From positions 7,065-71,064 of IMG/VR virus record IMGVR_UViG_3300020470_003436: 64,000 nt of DNA, one strand, 5' to 3'. The translations under genes and the position numbers were made by a program. Origin of the DNA: a virus. Shown here piece by piece: positions 21,485 to 30,854 of the stretch (its first letter is position 1; each line of letters starts with the position of its first letter). Under the pieces are notes generated by a model. That model had not been told where the DNA came from. It saw only the letters and a list, made by a program, of their open reading frames with translations, and did not search any database.

Positions 21485-22273
21485 GTGAAAGTAACAAGAA
21501 AATTTTTAGGTTTGGTTGTACTATTTACGGTTATTGCTTGCAGTGGCGTAGACACTAATGTAAAGACAAGCGGTGAACCCGTTACTATTGAGCTCATAGT
21601 GGAGAACCCTATTGAGCGTCCGGAAGAGGCTTTAGAGCCCCCTCAGGCGCTCGTAGAGGCCCCTGAGGGCGCTTTAGAGAGCTCTGAAGGGACTTTAGCG
21701 CCTGTATGGCCGTTAGCCCATACTCCAGAAGTGGATTGGGATATGGTTGAAAAGTCTATAATGGCTTTAGATTACAAGTGGCTGGAAAACAGTCAAAGAG
21801 TTAGGCTTTTGCAAACTTACATTGGTGTAGAAGCCGATGGGATCTATGGATTGACTACTTGGGGTGCACATAGAACGCATGCTGTAAGTCTTGGCTTAAT
21901 TAACCTCACTTACCCCAAGCCTACTAATAACACTATTTTAAGAGATGGGTGGGAGTGCCCTGAGTGGTTAGATCTTGCTAGAACTGCCGGATGGCCAGAG
22001 GAAGAATTAAGGAAACTTTCCTACGTTATTTATAGAGAGTCTAGGTGTGATCCGAATGCTTTTAATGGCGATGACCCTATTGGCGGCTCATTAGGATTAA
22101 TTCAGATAAACCGATACTGGTGCACATCAAACATGTATTGGCCTGATGGTTATTTACAGGTTAGGGATAGTGGCGTTACTACCTGTGATGATTTATATGA
22201 CCCATATGTAAACTTAAGGTCAGGTTATCATATATGGGTAACTGAAGGCGGTTGGAGCCCATGGGGGCTGTAG
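21485..22273 (+). CDS. SLT-like lytic transglycosylase with putative lipoprotein signal
   Basis: Hydrophobic N-terminus ending VIAC; RESRC.P.A.N..GSLGLIQIN..LYDPYVNL..GWSPW. Confidence 0.75.
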   Translation: MKVTRKFLGLVVLFTVIACSGVDTNVKTSGEPVTIELIVENPIERPEEALEPPQALVEAPEGALESSEGTLAPVWPLAHTPEVDWDMVEKSIMALDYKWLENSQRVRLLQTYIGVEADGIYGLTTWGAHRTHAVSLGLINLTYPKPTNNTILRDGWECPEWLDLARTAGWPEEELRKLSYVIYRESRCDPNAFNGDDPIGGSLGLIQINRYWCTSNMYWPDGYLQVRDSGVTTCDDLYDPYVNLRSGYHIWVTEGGWSPWGL

Positions 22274-22302
22274 TATCGCCTCGGAGGCTGTATACTATAG
22301 CT

Positions 22303-22665
22303 ATGCAGTATTTTTACAAAGCTTCACTTGATAGAGTCGTTGATGGTGACACAGTAGACTTAAATCTTGACTTAGGGTTCAACGTATGGCACAAAGTACG
22401 TGTTCGTTTGAATGGAGTGAACACTCCGGAGTCACGAACAAGAGATCTAGAGGAAAAAGCATTAGGTTTAGCCGCTAAAGACTTTGTGTCAAATTGGCTA
22501 GGAAAACACGACCATGTCTTTGTCCAAACTAAGAAAGACGCTAAAGGTAAGTTCGGAAGAGTCTTAGGCACAATTTATGGGGACATAGAGATGTTGACGT
22601 GTTTGAATGTTGATATCATCAGTTCTGGTCATGGTGTTGAGTATCATGGCGGTTCTCGCAAATAA
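22303..22665 (+). CDS. thermonuclease (SNase-like)
   Basis: RVVDGDTVD, RVRLNGVNTPESRT and KGKFGRVLG; leaderless start 6 nt after TATACT. Confidence 0.85.
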   Translation: MQYFYKASLDRVVDGDTVDLNLDLGFNVWHKVRVRLNGVNTPESRTRDLEEKALGLAAKDFVSNWLGKHDHVFVQTKKDAKGKFGRVLGTIYGDIEMLTCLNVDIISSGHGVEYHGGSRK

Positions 22666-22703
22666 CCCTTGACAAGGTAACCATATTGGGGTAGTATACC
22701 TTT

Positions 22704-23237
22704 ATGGAACAAAATCAAAACAAAGAATGGCACGTTACGGAAGCGGGCGCTAATCAAATAAACAGAGACGATGACTCTCTGCTCCGAGCTATAAATTTAA
22801 TAATCGCTAAAGAAGGAACGTTTCGCACAGATGAGAATTGGGTCCATCGTGCTGTAGATCCACTTGTTGAAGCGGGTATTTTGGTTAGAGAAGGTTCTGT
22901 TATTTCCGTCGGAGATAACTTTGAGCCGACGCTGGTTGAGATTGCTACAGTAGATCAGAGGTTCCAAGAAAGTCTGACTTCTTATAGAGCGCTGGTAACC
23001 AGACAAGCTGAATCGTATGGTGTTATTGACACAGATATTTATGATAAGCTAGCGTCTCTTAGCAGCACCGAAGAAAAAATAATTTTTCTATGTGGGACAT
23101 TAGCGGAAACTTCAGGTAAATTAAAAGTTGCCCTTGAAAAGGCTAACATGCTTGAATCTAAATTAAGAGAAGTAGACCTTTCGTTGTCGGTCCTTGAATC
23201 AATATCGTATGATGACGATGAGAATCCTGACAGTTAA
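22704..23237 (+). CDS. hypothetical protein with C-terminal coiled coil
   Basis: ORF behind TTGACA-17-TAGTAT-6-ATG. Confidence 0.7.
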   Translation: MEQNQNKEWHVTEAGANQINRDDDSLLRAINLIIAKEGTFRTDENWVHRAVDPLVEAGILVREGSVISVGDNFEPTLVEIATVDQRFQESLTSYRALVTRQAESYGVIDTDIYDKLASLSSTEEKIIFLCGTLAETSGKLKVALEKANMLESKLREVDLSLSVLESISYDDDENPDS

Positions 23238-23475
23238 CGCAAGGGTTCTTTTGGCAGTGTTGGAACATCCAGAAATGACGCAAAAAGAAATTGCGGATAA
23301 CCTTGGAATGCGTTACCAGCATGTTTGGCGGTCACTTGACCGTTTGGTCAAAGAAGGTATACTAACAAAGACGAGAAAAAGTAGACGCACAATATTCCAT
23401 GCGGCAGAAGGATTTTCAGAGTTGGAAGATATTCAACGCTTAAAAACTTGCCTTATGGCTACAAATGTGCTATAG
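23218..23475 (+). CDS. winged-helix (MarR-like) DNA-binding protein
   Basis: VLLAVLEHPEMTQKEIADNLGM..VWRSLDRLVKEGIL...R; start chosen among several Met codons. Confidence 0.75.
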   Translation: MRILTVNARVLLAVLEHPEMTQKEIADNLGMRYQHVWRSLDRLVKEGILTKTRKSRRTIFHAAEGFSELEDIQRLKTCLMATNVL

Positions 23476-23505
23476 TGTAGTTAGAGGATTTAGGAGAGGA
23501 ATTTA

Positions 23506-24270
23506 ATGAGTAAGCCAAGAGTGTTGTATTATGATATTGAGACAGCGCCAAACCTTGCATATGTGTGGGGCCAGTACGAACAGAACGTTATTGCCCATGA
23601 CAGGGAATGGTATCTTTTATGTGTTTCGTATAAGTGGGAAGGCGAGCGCAAGACACATGTTTGCGCTTTAGATGATTTCAAGGAAGCATATAAAAAAGAC
23701 CCAGAGAACGACTATCATGTTGCTAAAAAGATGTGGGAGTTATTTGATGAGGCCGATGTTGTTATCGCACACAATGGCGACAAGTTTGATATGCGTAAAG
23801 CGAACGCTCGGTTTATAGTCCACGGATTTGGGCCACCTTCAAAGCCTAAGTCAGTTGACACTTTAAAGGTCGCAAGACGGCACTTTATGTTTAATAGCAA
23901 TAAGTTAAACCATCTTGGACAACATTTAGGCTTAGGTGAAAAAGTTGATACAGGTGGTTTTGAGACATGGGCTGGCTGTATGCGAGGAGATGTGAAAGCT
24001 TGGAAAACCATGAAAAAATATGCCAAGCAAGACGTGGATCTTCTCGTAAAAGTGTACAAAGAGTTACGTCCTTGGATGAATAACCATCCGAACTTAAATG
24101 TGTTCAATGGTGCTTCAAACTGCCCAACGTGTGGTTCAAGTAATATTCAATACAGAGGATATCAGTATACAAAGGTTGCTACATATCGCCAGTTCCAATG
24201 TAACGACTGTAGAAGTTATAGTCGCACTAGATTGGCTGAGAAGGTTGAGCGACCAGAGATTGTACCATAA
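23506..24270 (+). CDS. RNase H-like 3'-5' exonuclease with C-terminal Zn ribbon
   Basis: YDIET, AHNGDKFD, Y..QDV and CPTCG..CNDC. Confidence 0.85.
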   Translation: MSKPRVLYYDIETAPNLAYVWGQYEQNVIAHDREWYLLCVSYKWEGERKTHVCALDDFKEAYKKDPENDYHVAKKMWELFDEADVVIAHNGDKFDMRKANARFIVHGFGPPSKPKSVDTLKVARRHFMFNSNKLNHLGQHLGLGEKVDTGGFETWAGCMRGDVKAWKTMKKYAKQDVDLLVKVYKELRPWMNNHPNLNVFNGASNCPTCGSSNIQYRGYQYTKVATYRQFQCNDCRSYSRTRLAEKVERPEIVP

Positions 24271-26198
24271 TGGCGGACAATATAACATTATTTGACGACT
24301 GGTTGCACGAACAAGACATTCTAGATACTCCAATGCAGAAGGTTACCCTTGTGCGCTCGGACGAAGAGTTTAGAGTTTTTTCAGAATGGTTGTTTGACAG
24401 AAAACGACCATTAGCATATGACATTGAGGCAACTGGCCTTGACACCTACGCCCCAACTTGGGAGATAAAGAGCATTCAATGGGGTGACACTTCTGAAGCG
24501 TTTGTCTTTATTTGGGGTGAGCCTTGGTTCCAGAAATCTATAGATATGGTCATGAATGAAACTGACTATAGGTTACTAGCCCACAACGCATCATACGATG
24601 CTTTAGGCCTAGATAGGCATGGGCACGTTGATGCCATAGACCTTTTGAAGCGAACATTTGACACAAAGATACTCTCCCACTTAGCAGACCCACGCAGTAG
24701 GGTTGAAGGTGGTGTGGGTCATGGCTTAAAGAACTTAGCTGCTTTTCACGTTGATAAGTCTGCGCCTGATTCACAATCAGCTTTAAAAAAGATTTTTAAA
24801 GAGAATGGTTGGAGCGATAAGGACGGTTGGCGTAAGATACCGGCCTCACACCCAACTATGGTTCATTATGCGGGTATGGATGTGGTATTAACTGCTCGCT
24901 TGTACCCTAAACTTAGAGACGAGATAAATCGTCAGACTATGGGTCATTTAGTTAAATATGAGCACGAGTTGATGTTACTTGTAGCAGAAATGGAACGCAG
25001 AGGAATGCGTATTGATGTTGAGTACGCTGAAAAACTTGTTCAAAAAATGACAGATGACGAACAACAAAGCATAGACATAGTTAGAGGATTTGGGGTAAAT
25101 AACCATAACGCCACGAGAGATGTTGCCGCTGCTTTACAAGGCATGGGCGTTAAATTACTAGAAACTACAGCTTCAGGTGCAATTAAAGTTGATAAAACAA
25201 TTTTAAACGCTATAGCGGATGATCCTTCAAATAAGGATGCCGCACAGTTGGCTACGGCAGTTATGACAGCAAAGAACAGCGCTAAATGGCGTGATACTTA
25301 TGTGATTGCATCGCTAGAAAACATGGACTCCAATGGCAGGGTTCACCCAAAAATCAACAGTCTTCATGCGAGAACTGGAAGAATGTCAATTAGTCACCCT
25401 CCTTTACAGCAGTTACCTTCAGGTAATGATGCTATACGTCGCATGTTTTTAGCTGAAGAGGGGTGCAGAATGGCTTCAATTGACTTTTCTGGAGTTGAAT
25501 TAAGGGTTTTAGCCGCTCTTTCACAGGATTCTGTTATGTTAGATGTTTTCAAACAAGGTGGAGATTTACATCAAACCACTGCTGACAACACCGGGGTTAC
25601 AAGAAAAATTGCAAAAACGGTTAACTTTGGTAAAGTTTATGGTGCTGGTCCAAAGACCTTAGCAAGACAATCAGGTTTATCTATTGACGAAGCCCAAAAA
25701 GTATGTGATTTGTTTGACTCAACCTACAAGGGGGTTACTCAGTTTTCGCATCAATTGGCGGCTCCAGTTAAAAAGGGAGTGAGAAACTATGTTATAACCC
25801 ACACTGGACGTAAGTTACCTGTTGATTCAGATAGGCCTTATGCTGCTTTAAACTATTGCATACAGTCTACTGCACGAGATGTTTTAGGTAGGGCTATGGT
25901 GAAATTAGCGGCAAATGGGTATTGGGACTATGCGTTATTACCGATCCATGACGAGATACTATTCTCGTTCCCAAGTGATTTGGCTGAAGATTTATGTAGA
26001 GAAGCAGGTGTTACTATGGAGATGATATTGAAAGATATCCATATATCATCTGATCCTGAACTTGGTGGGGAGTCATGGGGTACGTTATATACAGAGGGTG
26101 AACACACCCAAATTGAGATAAAAAATGAGGATCGTTTGCAGTTTGGTGATGAAACGCTCGTAAATCACATAAAAGAGACAGAATTGGTCAAGTTTTGA
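24270..26198 (+). CDS. polA: DNA polymerase family A (3'-5' exonuclease plus polymerase, no 5'-3' exonuclease)
   Basis: DIEATG, HNASYD, RTGRMS..PPLQQLP, DFSGVELR, KTVNFG..YG, NY.IQS and IHDE motifs. Confidence 0.95.
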   Translation: MADNITLFDDWLHEQDILDTPMQKVTLVRSDEEFRVFSEWLFDRKRPLAYDIEATGLDTYAPTWEIKSIQWGDTSEAFVFIWGEPWFQKSIDMVMNETDYRLLAHNASYDALGLDRHGHVDAIDLLKRTFDTKILSHLADPRSRVEGGVGHGLKNLAAFHVDKSAPDSQSALKKIFKENGWSDKDGWRKIPASHPTMVHYAGMDVVLTARLYPKLRDEINRQTMGHLVKYEHELMLLVAEMERRGMRIDVEYAEKLVQKMTDDEQQSIDIVRGFGVNNHNATRDVAAALQGMGVKLLETTASGAIKVDKTILNAIADDPSNKDAAQLATAVMTAKNSAKWRDTYVIASLENMDSNGRVHPKINSLHARTGRMSISHPPLQQLPSGNDAIRRMFLAEEGCRMASIDFSGVELRVLAALSQDSVMLDVFKQGGDLHQTTADNTGVTRKIAKTVNFGKVYGAGPKTLARQSGLSIDEAQKVCDLFDSTYKGVTQFSHQLAAPVKKGVRNYVITHTGRKLPVDSDRPYAALNYCIQSTARDVLGRAMVKLAANGYWDYALLPIHDEILFSFPSDLAEDLCREAGVTMEMILKDIHISSDPELGGESWGTLYTEGEHTQIEIKNEDRLQFGDETLVNHIKETELVKF

Positions 26199-26337
26199 AG
26201 CAAAAGTTAGTGGTTTCTAACAAAACTTGTTTTTTTCTAACAAAACTTTTAGGAAGGGCTTGACAAAGCATTCTGTCTGTGGTATAGTGTAAGGGTGCTT
26301 TTAAGCACTTTTTAACAAGAATAAAGGAGCATATAGC

Positions 26338-26481
26338 TTGGAAGATGATTCATATATACATCTAGAAAGAGAAGCCGCTAAGCGGCGACATCCGGCTTAT
26401 CAGAGCAAATATAAAAGCTTAGGTAAGGTTTTTATTAAGTCATTAGCGAATACGCTAAATCAACAGAAGGAGCAAAAGTAA
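26338..26481 (+). CDS. small hypothetical protein (47 aa, RRHPA motif)
   Basis: Read by hand: AAGGAG SD, TTG start, and a TAA overlapping the sigma ATG (TAATG). Confidence 0.55.
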   Translation: MEDDSYIHLEREAAKRRHPAYQSKYKSLGKVFIKSLANTLNQQKEQK

Positions 26482-27395
26482 TGGCAGGGTATGTTGAGAG
26501 TTCTAAGCATAGAATACTTACCAGAGAAGAAGAAACAGTTTTGGGTCGTGCAGTTATTGAGGGCGCTGAAGCCCAAGAAAAATTAGATGCCTTAGGTGAA
26601 GATCCAGATATTAGGCTGCACAGAAAACTTCAAGCAGCAATTAAAGAAGGTAAAAGAGCAAAAAATACGTTTGTTGAACACAATTTACGCTTAGCCATGG
26701 ACACTGCGGCTCGCTATGCTCGTTCTCAGACTCGTATGGAGTATGAAGATTTAATCCAAGAAGCGACGATAGGGCTAATGCGTGCTGTGGATAAGTTTGA
26801 CCCAGAGCGTGGTTTTAAGTTTTCTACGTATGCAACATGGTGGTGTAGGCAAGCGTGCCAGCGTGCCATAGCAAATAGTGGTAGGGCTATACGTTTACCT
26901 ATGCATGTTGAAGCCGATGTTCGTAAATTAGCAGCGGTTGTTGAAGAGTTTGAATCAAGAGAAGATGGGTTTAATCGTAAAGACTTAGCATACTTTCTTG
27001 AATGGGACATGGATAAGTTAGATAATATTTGGTCTCATATGGAAAACACTAGGCTTGAATCTATAGATAACGCCATAACAGAAGGAAGCTCTTTACAGCA
27101 TGTTGATACTTTGATTGATCCAAACGCTATTAACGTGGAAGAAGCGGGCATGGAGACAAGTTTTGCTAAATCAATTATGGATGCCTTGTCAGTGTTACCT
27201 GAGAGAGAGTTACAGGTTTTAAAGATGCACCATGGTTTAGCGGACGAAGAACGTCCACTAACACTGCAGGAAATTGGCGAACGAATGGGCTTAACAAGAG
27301 AGCGTGTTCGGCAGTTAGAAGCTAAAGCGATTGCTCGCTTGAGGCATCCTGCATCGGGTGTGGCGTGGGCGTTTAGCTTTGAGAACATGGAATAA
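26481..27395 (+). CDS. RpoD/SigA-like sigma-70 factor (regions 1.2, 2, 3, 4)
   Basis: LTREEE, NLRL, DLIQE..GLMRAVDKFD.ERGFKFSTYATWW and TLQEIG..GLTRERVRQLE..LRHP. Confidence 0.93.
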   Translation: MAGYVESSKHRILTREEETVLGRAVIEGAEAQEKLDALGEDPDIRLHRKLQAAIKEGKRAKNTFVEHNLRLAMDTAARYARSQTRMEYEDLIQEATIGLMRAVDKFDPERGFKFSTYATWWCRQACQRAIANSGRAIRLPMHVEADVRKLAAVVEEFESREDGFNRKDLAYFLEWDMDKLDNIWSHMENTRLESIDNAITEGSSLQHVDTLIDPNAINVEEAGMETSFAKSIMDALSVLPERELQVLKMHHGLADEERPLTLQEIGERMGLTRERVRQLEAKAIARLRHPASGVAWAFSFENME

Positions 27396-27434
27396 GGGGT
27401 TGACACAGTCATCCTGAAAGGATAAAATATAATT

Positions 27435-27626
27435 ATGAGTGATACAAATTTAAACATTAATCCAAATGAAGTAATTGAGGATCTTCTCAATCAGATTAAG
27501 CAGTTGACTGCTGACAACTCTATGTTGCGTGCTGGTATGAAACAGCTTCAAGAGATGTTAGTTCAGGTTTCTGAAGCTGCCGCTGAAGAAGATAAATCAT
27601 CCAAGAAGTCTACCAGTTCTAAGTGA
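27435..27626 (+). CDS. small coiled-coil protein
   Basis: Leaderless ORF behind TTGACA-17-TAAAAT. Confidence 0.65.
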   Translation: MSDTNLNINPNEVIEDLLNQIKQLTADNSMLRAGMKQLQEMLVQVSEAAAEEDKSSKKSTSSK

Positions 27627-27680
27627 TTTCCAGTGGGGGATTAAGGTATAATATCTTAAGAACCCTCAAAGGATAACATT

Positions 27681-28025
27681 ATGAGCGCTGGAGAATACGA
27701 CATTATATGTGAGCAAGGGGCTACTTTTGCACGTACTCTTACTGTTAAAGACAGTTCTGGTACGGCAAGAAACCTTAGTTCTTATACTGGTAAAATGCAG
27801 GTAAGAAAAAGGGTTACTAGTTCATCTGTTCTAATTGAGTTGAGTACTTCAAATGGTAGAATGACCCTTAACTCTTCTGGTGAGATCGCTTTGAGCATAA
27901 CTGCGTCTGACACCGCTGCCTTAACAGATGGTGGCGTGTACGATCTTGAAATAACAAGTTCTGGTGGTGTGGTTGAGAGAGTTGTTGAAGGTGACTTTAA
28001 TTTGATTCCTGAGGTGACACGCTAA
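27681..28025 (+). CDS. tail-fibre attachment Ig-like protein (LtfC-like), paralog of 37459-37797
   Basis: YDIICEQGATF..MQVRK..GVYDLEI..RVVEG pattern. Confidence 0.65.
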   Translation: MSAGEYDIICEQGATFARTLTVKDSSGTARNLSSYTGKMQVRKRVTSSSVLIELSTSNGRMTLNSSGEIALSITASDTAALTDGGVYDLEITSSGGVVERVVEGDFNLIPEVTR

Positions 28026-28240
28026 TGTTTTCTTATGATGACGGTGTTCTGGCCGAAGTTCTATGGGAAGAACTAGCTACCACTAAAAGAACTGTGATTG
28101 ATTTACGGTCACAATTATATGTTGCCCAAAAAACAGTAGAAGAGTTGCAGGCGATTAATGAAGACTTGCACATGATGTCTCATGCTGAGGAAGGAAACAC
28201 AACCCCTCCGGTTGAGCAACCACTAGAAAATGACGACTGA
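28025..28240 (+). CDS. hypothetical protein
   Basis: Translationally coupled ORF. Confidence 0.55.
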   Translation: MFSYDDGVLAEVLWEELATTKRTVIDLRSQLYVAQKTVEELQAINEDLHMMSHAEEGNTTPPVEQPLENDD

Positions 28241-28568
28241 ATTTGAATGGAACACCGACGGCCATCGGATGCTTTTATGGGTGGACAAGTCTGAAGTTAA
28301 AGTAACTTCAGAAATATGCCCCTTTGGAAATGACAAGGAAGCACCATGTTACCATGAGGGCATTGAAGGGTGCGCTTTTACGTATTTTGTTAATGCTTAT
28401 GGATTAGAGGTAAACGCAGGCATAATTCCTGCTGAGCATTCCATTGAGTGCGCTTGGGCTATGAGCGGTTCATTATGGGACATTGATTTAGTTCAATTTT
28501 CTGTGATGCCTGTTGATGATCCTGCGTTTAAGGATTGGTTTTCTTCAATGAAGGCGGCGGCTGAGTAG
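28230..28568 (+). CDS. hypothetical protein
   Basis: Overlapping ORF in the operon. Confidence 0.6.
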   Translation: MTTEFEWNTDGHRMLLWVDKSEVKVTSEICPFGNDKEAPCYHEGIEGCAFTYFVNAYGLEVNAGIIPAEHSIECAWAMSGSLWDIDLVQFSVMPVDDPAFKDWFSSMKAAAE

Positions 28569-28630
28569 TAGCAGTAGGGTGCCTTTTTACGGTAGAATGT
28601 ATATGAAGGTCTTTTTTTGGAGGTAAACAC

Positions 28631-28933
28631 ATGGCGGCGCAATTCGTATTATCATATCCGTTTCGCATAGATACGAATAACTCACGTTTTGCTACGGTTA
28701 ATAACACTACCGACACGTATAAAGCTGAGCAGGTTCAAAGCTTTATACGGACTGAAAAAGGGGAGCGAGTAATGTTCCCAGCTTTCGGTATAGACGACCC
28801 TGTTTTTCACAAGTTTGATGCGGGTGAATTTTTAGAAACTTTTAGTGAATTTTATACCGATGTTCTTATAGACGAAATTGAAGTAGTAGAAACGGCTGGT
28901 CGCTTAACCGACATTATGGTCTCGTTTCATTAG
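28631..28933 (+). CDS. baseplate wedge protein (gp25/gpW-like)
   Basis: YPF, TEKGERVMFPAFG motif; precedes baseplate J. Confidence 0.85.
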   Translation: MAAQFVLSYPFRIDTNNSRFATVNNTTDTYKAEQVQSFIRTEKGERVMFPAFGIDDPVFHKFDAGEFLETFSEFYTDVLIDEIEVVETAGRLTDIMVSFH

Positions 28934-28943
28934 GGAATAAATT

Positions 28944-30842
28944 ATGGCTTCTCCGGATGCAAAAAAATATACAGATTTAACAGTTTACGACAGTAACGCC
29001 ACAACGTCATTGAATAGCATATTGGCGGCGGCTCGTGCGCTTATTCCTGATTGGGCTCCGCAAACAGGGCAGATTGAAGTAGCTTTAGCTGAGGCAATAG
29101 CTAACAGATCGGCGGAGGTTATTTTTGCTATAAACCGACTTCCGGGAGCGACTGTTGAAACTTTATTAGAACTTTTCAATTTAACAAAAAATGCAGGAAC
29201 ACAAGCGACTGCCACAATAAATGTTGCTGCATATGGTAATTTATCTTTACCTAAAGATTCTGAATTTTTATATTACGCTTCAGGTACTGGTGTGGGTTAT
29301 GTTTTTAAGAGCAACTCTGCTGTTGATTTAACTCCTGCAAAAACTGGTGGTGTTTTGACGCTTGCTGGTTGCGCAAATGCAAGTTATGCTGCAGGGACTC
29401 AATTCTCAGTAACCGTTAACAGTGTCGTATACACATACGCCGCTAACGATACCTTTACAGTTTCAGGGGGTGCCGCTACGGTACCTGTTACTGCAACTGC
29501 TTTTGGGGTTGCTTACAACGATGTCGCACATGGTGGAGTTATACCTAATGGTAGTGCCAGTTTCACAAATACAAATGTTGGAGGAAGTGGAACGGTTACT
29601 GCAGGAACAGGCGACACTAACGGTCTTATAAACGGAGCTAACGATAATGCAGACGTTGTAATTACAGCAGATACTGCTGGCGCAACGTACAATCAGTCTG
29701 TAGTAGGGCAAACCTTGTCGTTATTAGCTGATAGTGCTAACTTTAAATCAGCTACGTTTACTGTAGCACCTTCGGGCGGTGTCTCTGTTGAAACTGATGC
29801 AGAATACTTTGATAGAGCCATTAACCTTTTAGCAAGTTATACATCTGCTTCAACAACTCCGTCGCAAATAAAATACTATATTGCTGCGAATAAATCCTTT
29901 GCACCAAGGGTCGCAGTATTCAATAGGCGTCGTTATCGTGATAGAGATACTACGGCTGCTACATATGCTTATCACAATGGACACATTCTTGTCGCTGTAG
30001 GAGGAAACGTTTCTTCTGCAGCATCAGCTTCAACTCAAGTTGCTGTTTCAGCGGCCAACTTATCTGATTTACACACTTCTATTTCAGAACGTGTACCTGC
30101 TAGCCTTTCGGTTGATGTAATGTCAGCGGAGCTAGCTGATGTTGATGTAACTGCTACTGTTGTTAAAAAGTCGGGCACCACTGGGGCTACTGTTAAAACC
30201 GCTATTGAAAGTGCTTTAAAAGGATATCTTGATCCAAACTCTTGGGATTGGGACCAGCAACATGTTCGCAGAAACGAAATTATTTCTTTAATAGACTCCG
30301 TTGAGGGCGTTGATTATGTAAGCTCCTTAACTATGGGAGGTGACACCTTAATCGGAACCAGCAATATTGGTTACACCGGATCATCAGGTGGTACTAAAAC
30401 TACAGTCAATTTAGATTTAGCTGGGGCGACTAATGCTACTTACGCTGCTGGTGAAGCCACTGTTTACTATGTTGATTCCACGACAGATCCTGATGCCCCT
30501 GTTGTCTACGCTTATGTTAACACAGAATCAATAACTGTTTCTGGGGGAGCTGCTACCAATAAAGCTTTTCAAGCTGTAGCGGTTGGCTTAAATTATAATA
30601 GTCAGACCAATGGTGGAAAGTTACCAAACGGAACTGGTGGATCTGGTCCTGCGTTTACTGGCTCCGCAGGAGATCAGGGAGGAACGGCTACTGTTAATTC
30701 AGGGTCGTCTCTATCGGGGGGAAGCAACGACAGCAGTCAATTTGTTGCCCTAAGTGGTTCAACTTTAGTTTCTACTGACCTTGTTCTTAAAAATCTTGGG
30801 ACGTTAGTAACTTACGGTACGTTAAATATTACGGTGACTTGA
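28944..30842 (+). CDS. baseplate J-like wedge protein with two inserted domains
   Basis: IPDW, GG...ETDAEY..R and VRRNEIISLIDSVEGVDYV. Confidence 0.85.
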   Translation: MASPDAKKYTDLTVYDSNATTSLNSILAAARALIPDWAPQTGQIEVALAEAIANRSAEVIFAINRLPGATVETLLELFNLTKNAGTQATATINVAAYGNLSLPKDSEFLYYASGTGVGYVFKSNSAVDLTPAKTGGVLTLAGCANASYAAGTQFSVTVNSVVYTYAANDTFTVSGGAATVPVTATAFGVAYNDVAHGGVIPNGSASFTNTNVGGSGTVTAGTGDTNGLINGANDNADVVITADTAGATYNQSVVGQTLSLLADSANFKSATFTVAPSGGVSVETDAEYFDRAINLLASYTSASTTPSQIKYYIAANKSFAPRVAVFNRRRYRDRDTTAATYAYHNGHILVAVGGNVSSAASASTQVAVSAANLSDLHTSISERVPASLSVDVMSAELADVDVTATVVKKSGTTGATVKTAIESALKGYLDPNSWDWDQQHVRRNEIISLIDSVEGVDYVSSLTMGGDTLIGTSNIGYTGSSGGTKTTVNLDLAGATNATYAAGEATVYYVDSTTDPDAPVVYAYVNTESITVSGGAATNKAFQAVAVGLNYNSQTNGGKLPNGTGGSGPAFTGSAGDQGGTATVNSGSSLSGGSNDSSQFVALSGSTLVSTDLVLKNLGTLVTYGTLNITVT

Positions 30843-30854
30843 TAGGAGAAAAAT

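Noticed and set aside
24270-26198. Intein/intron or modified-base-specialised PolA
   Set aside because: Normal length, contiguous motifs and an ordinary KTVNF motif B; nothing in the sequence supports specialisation.
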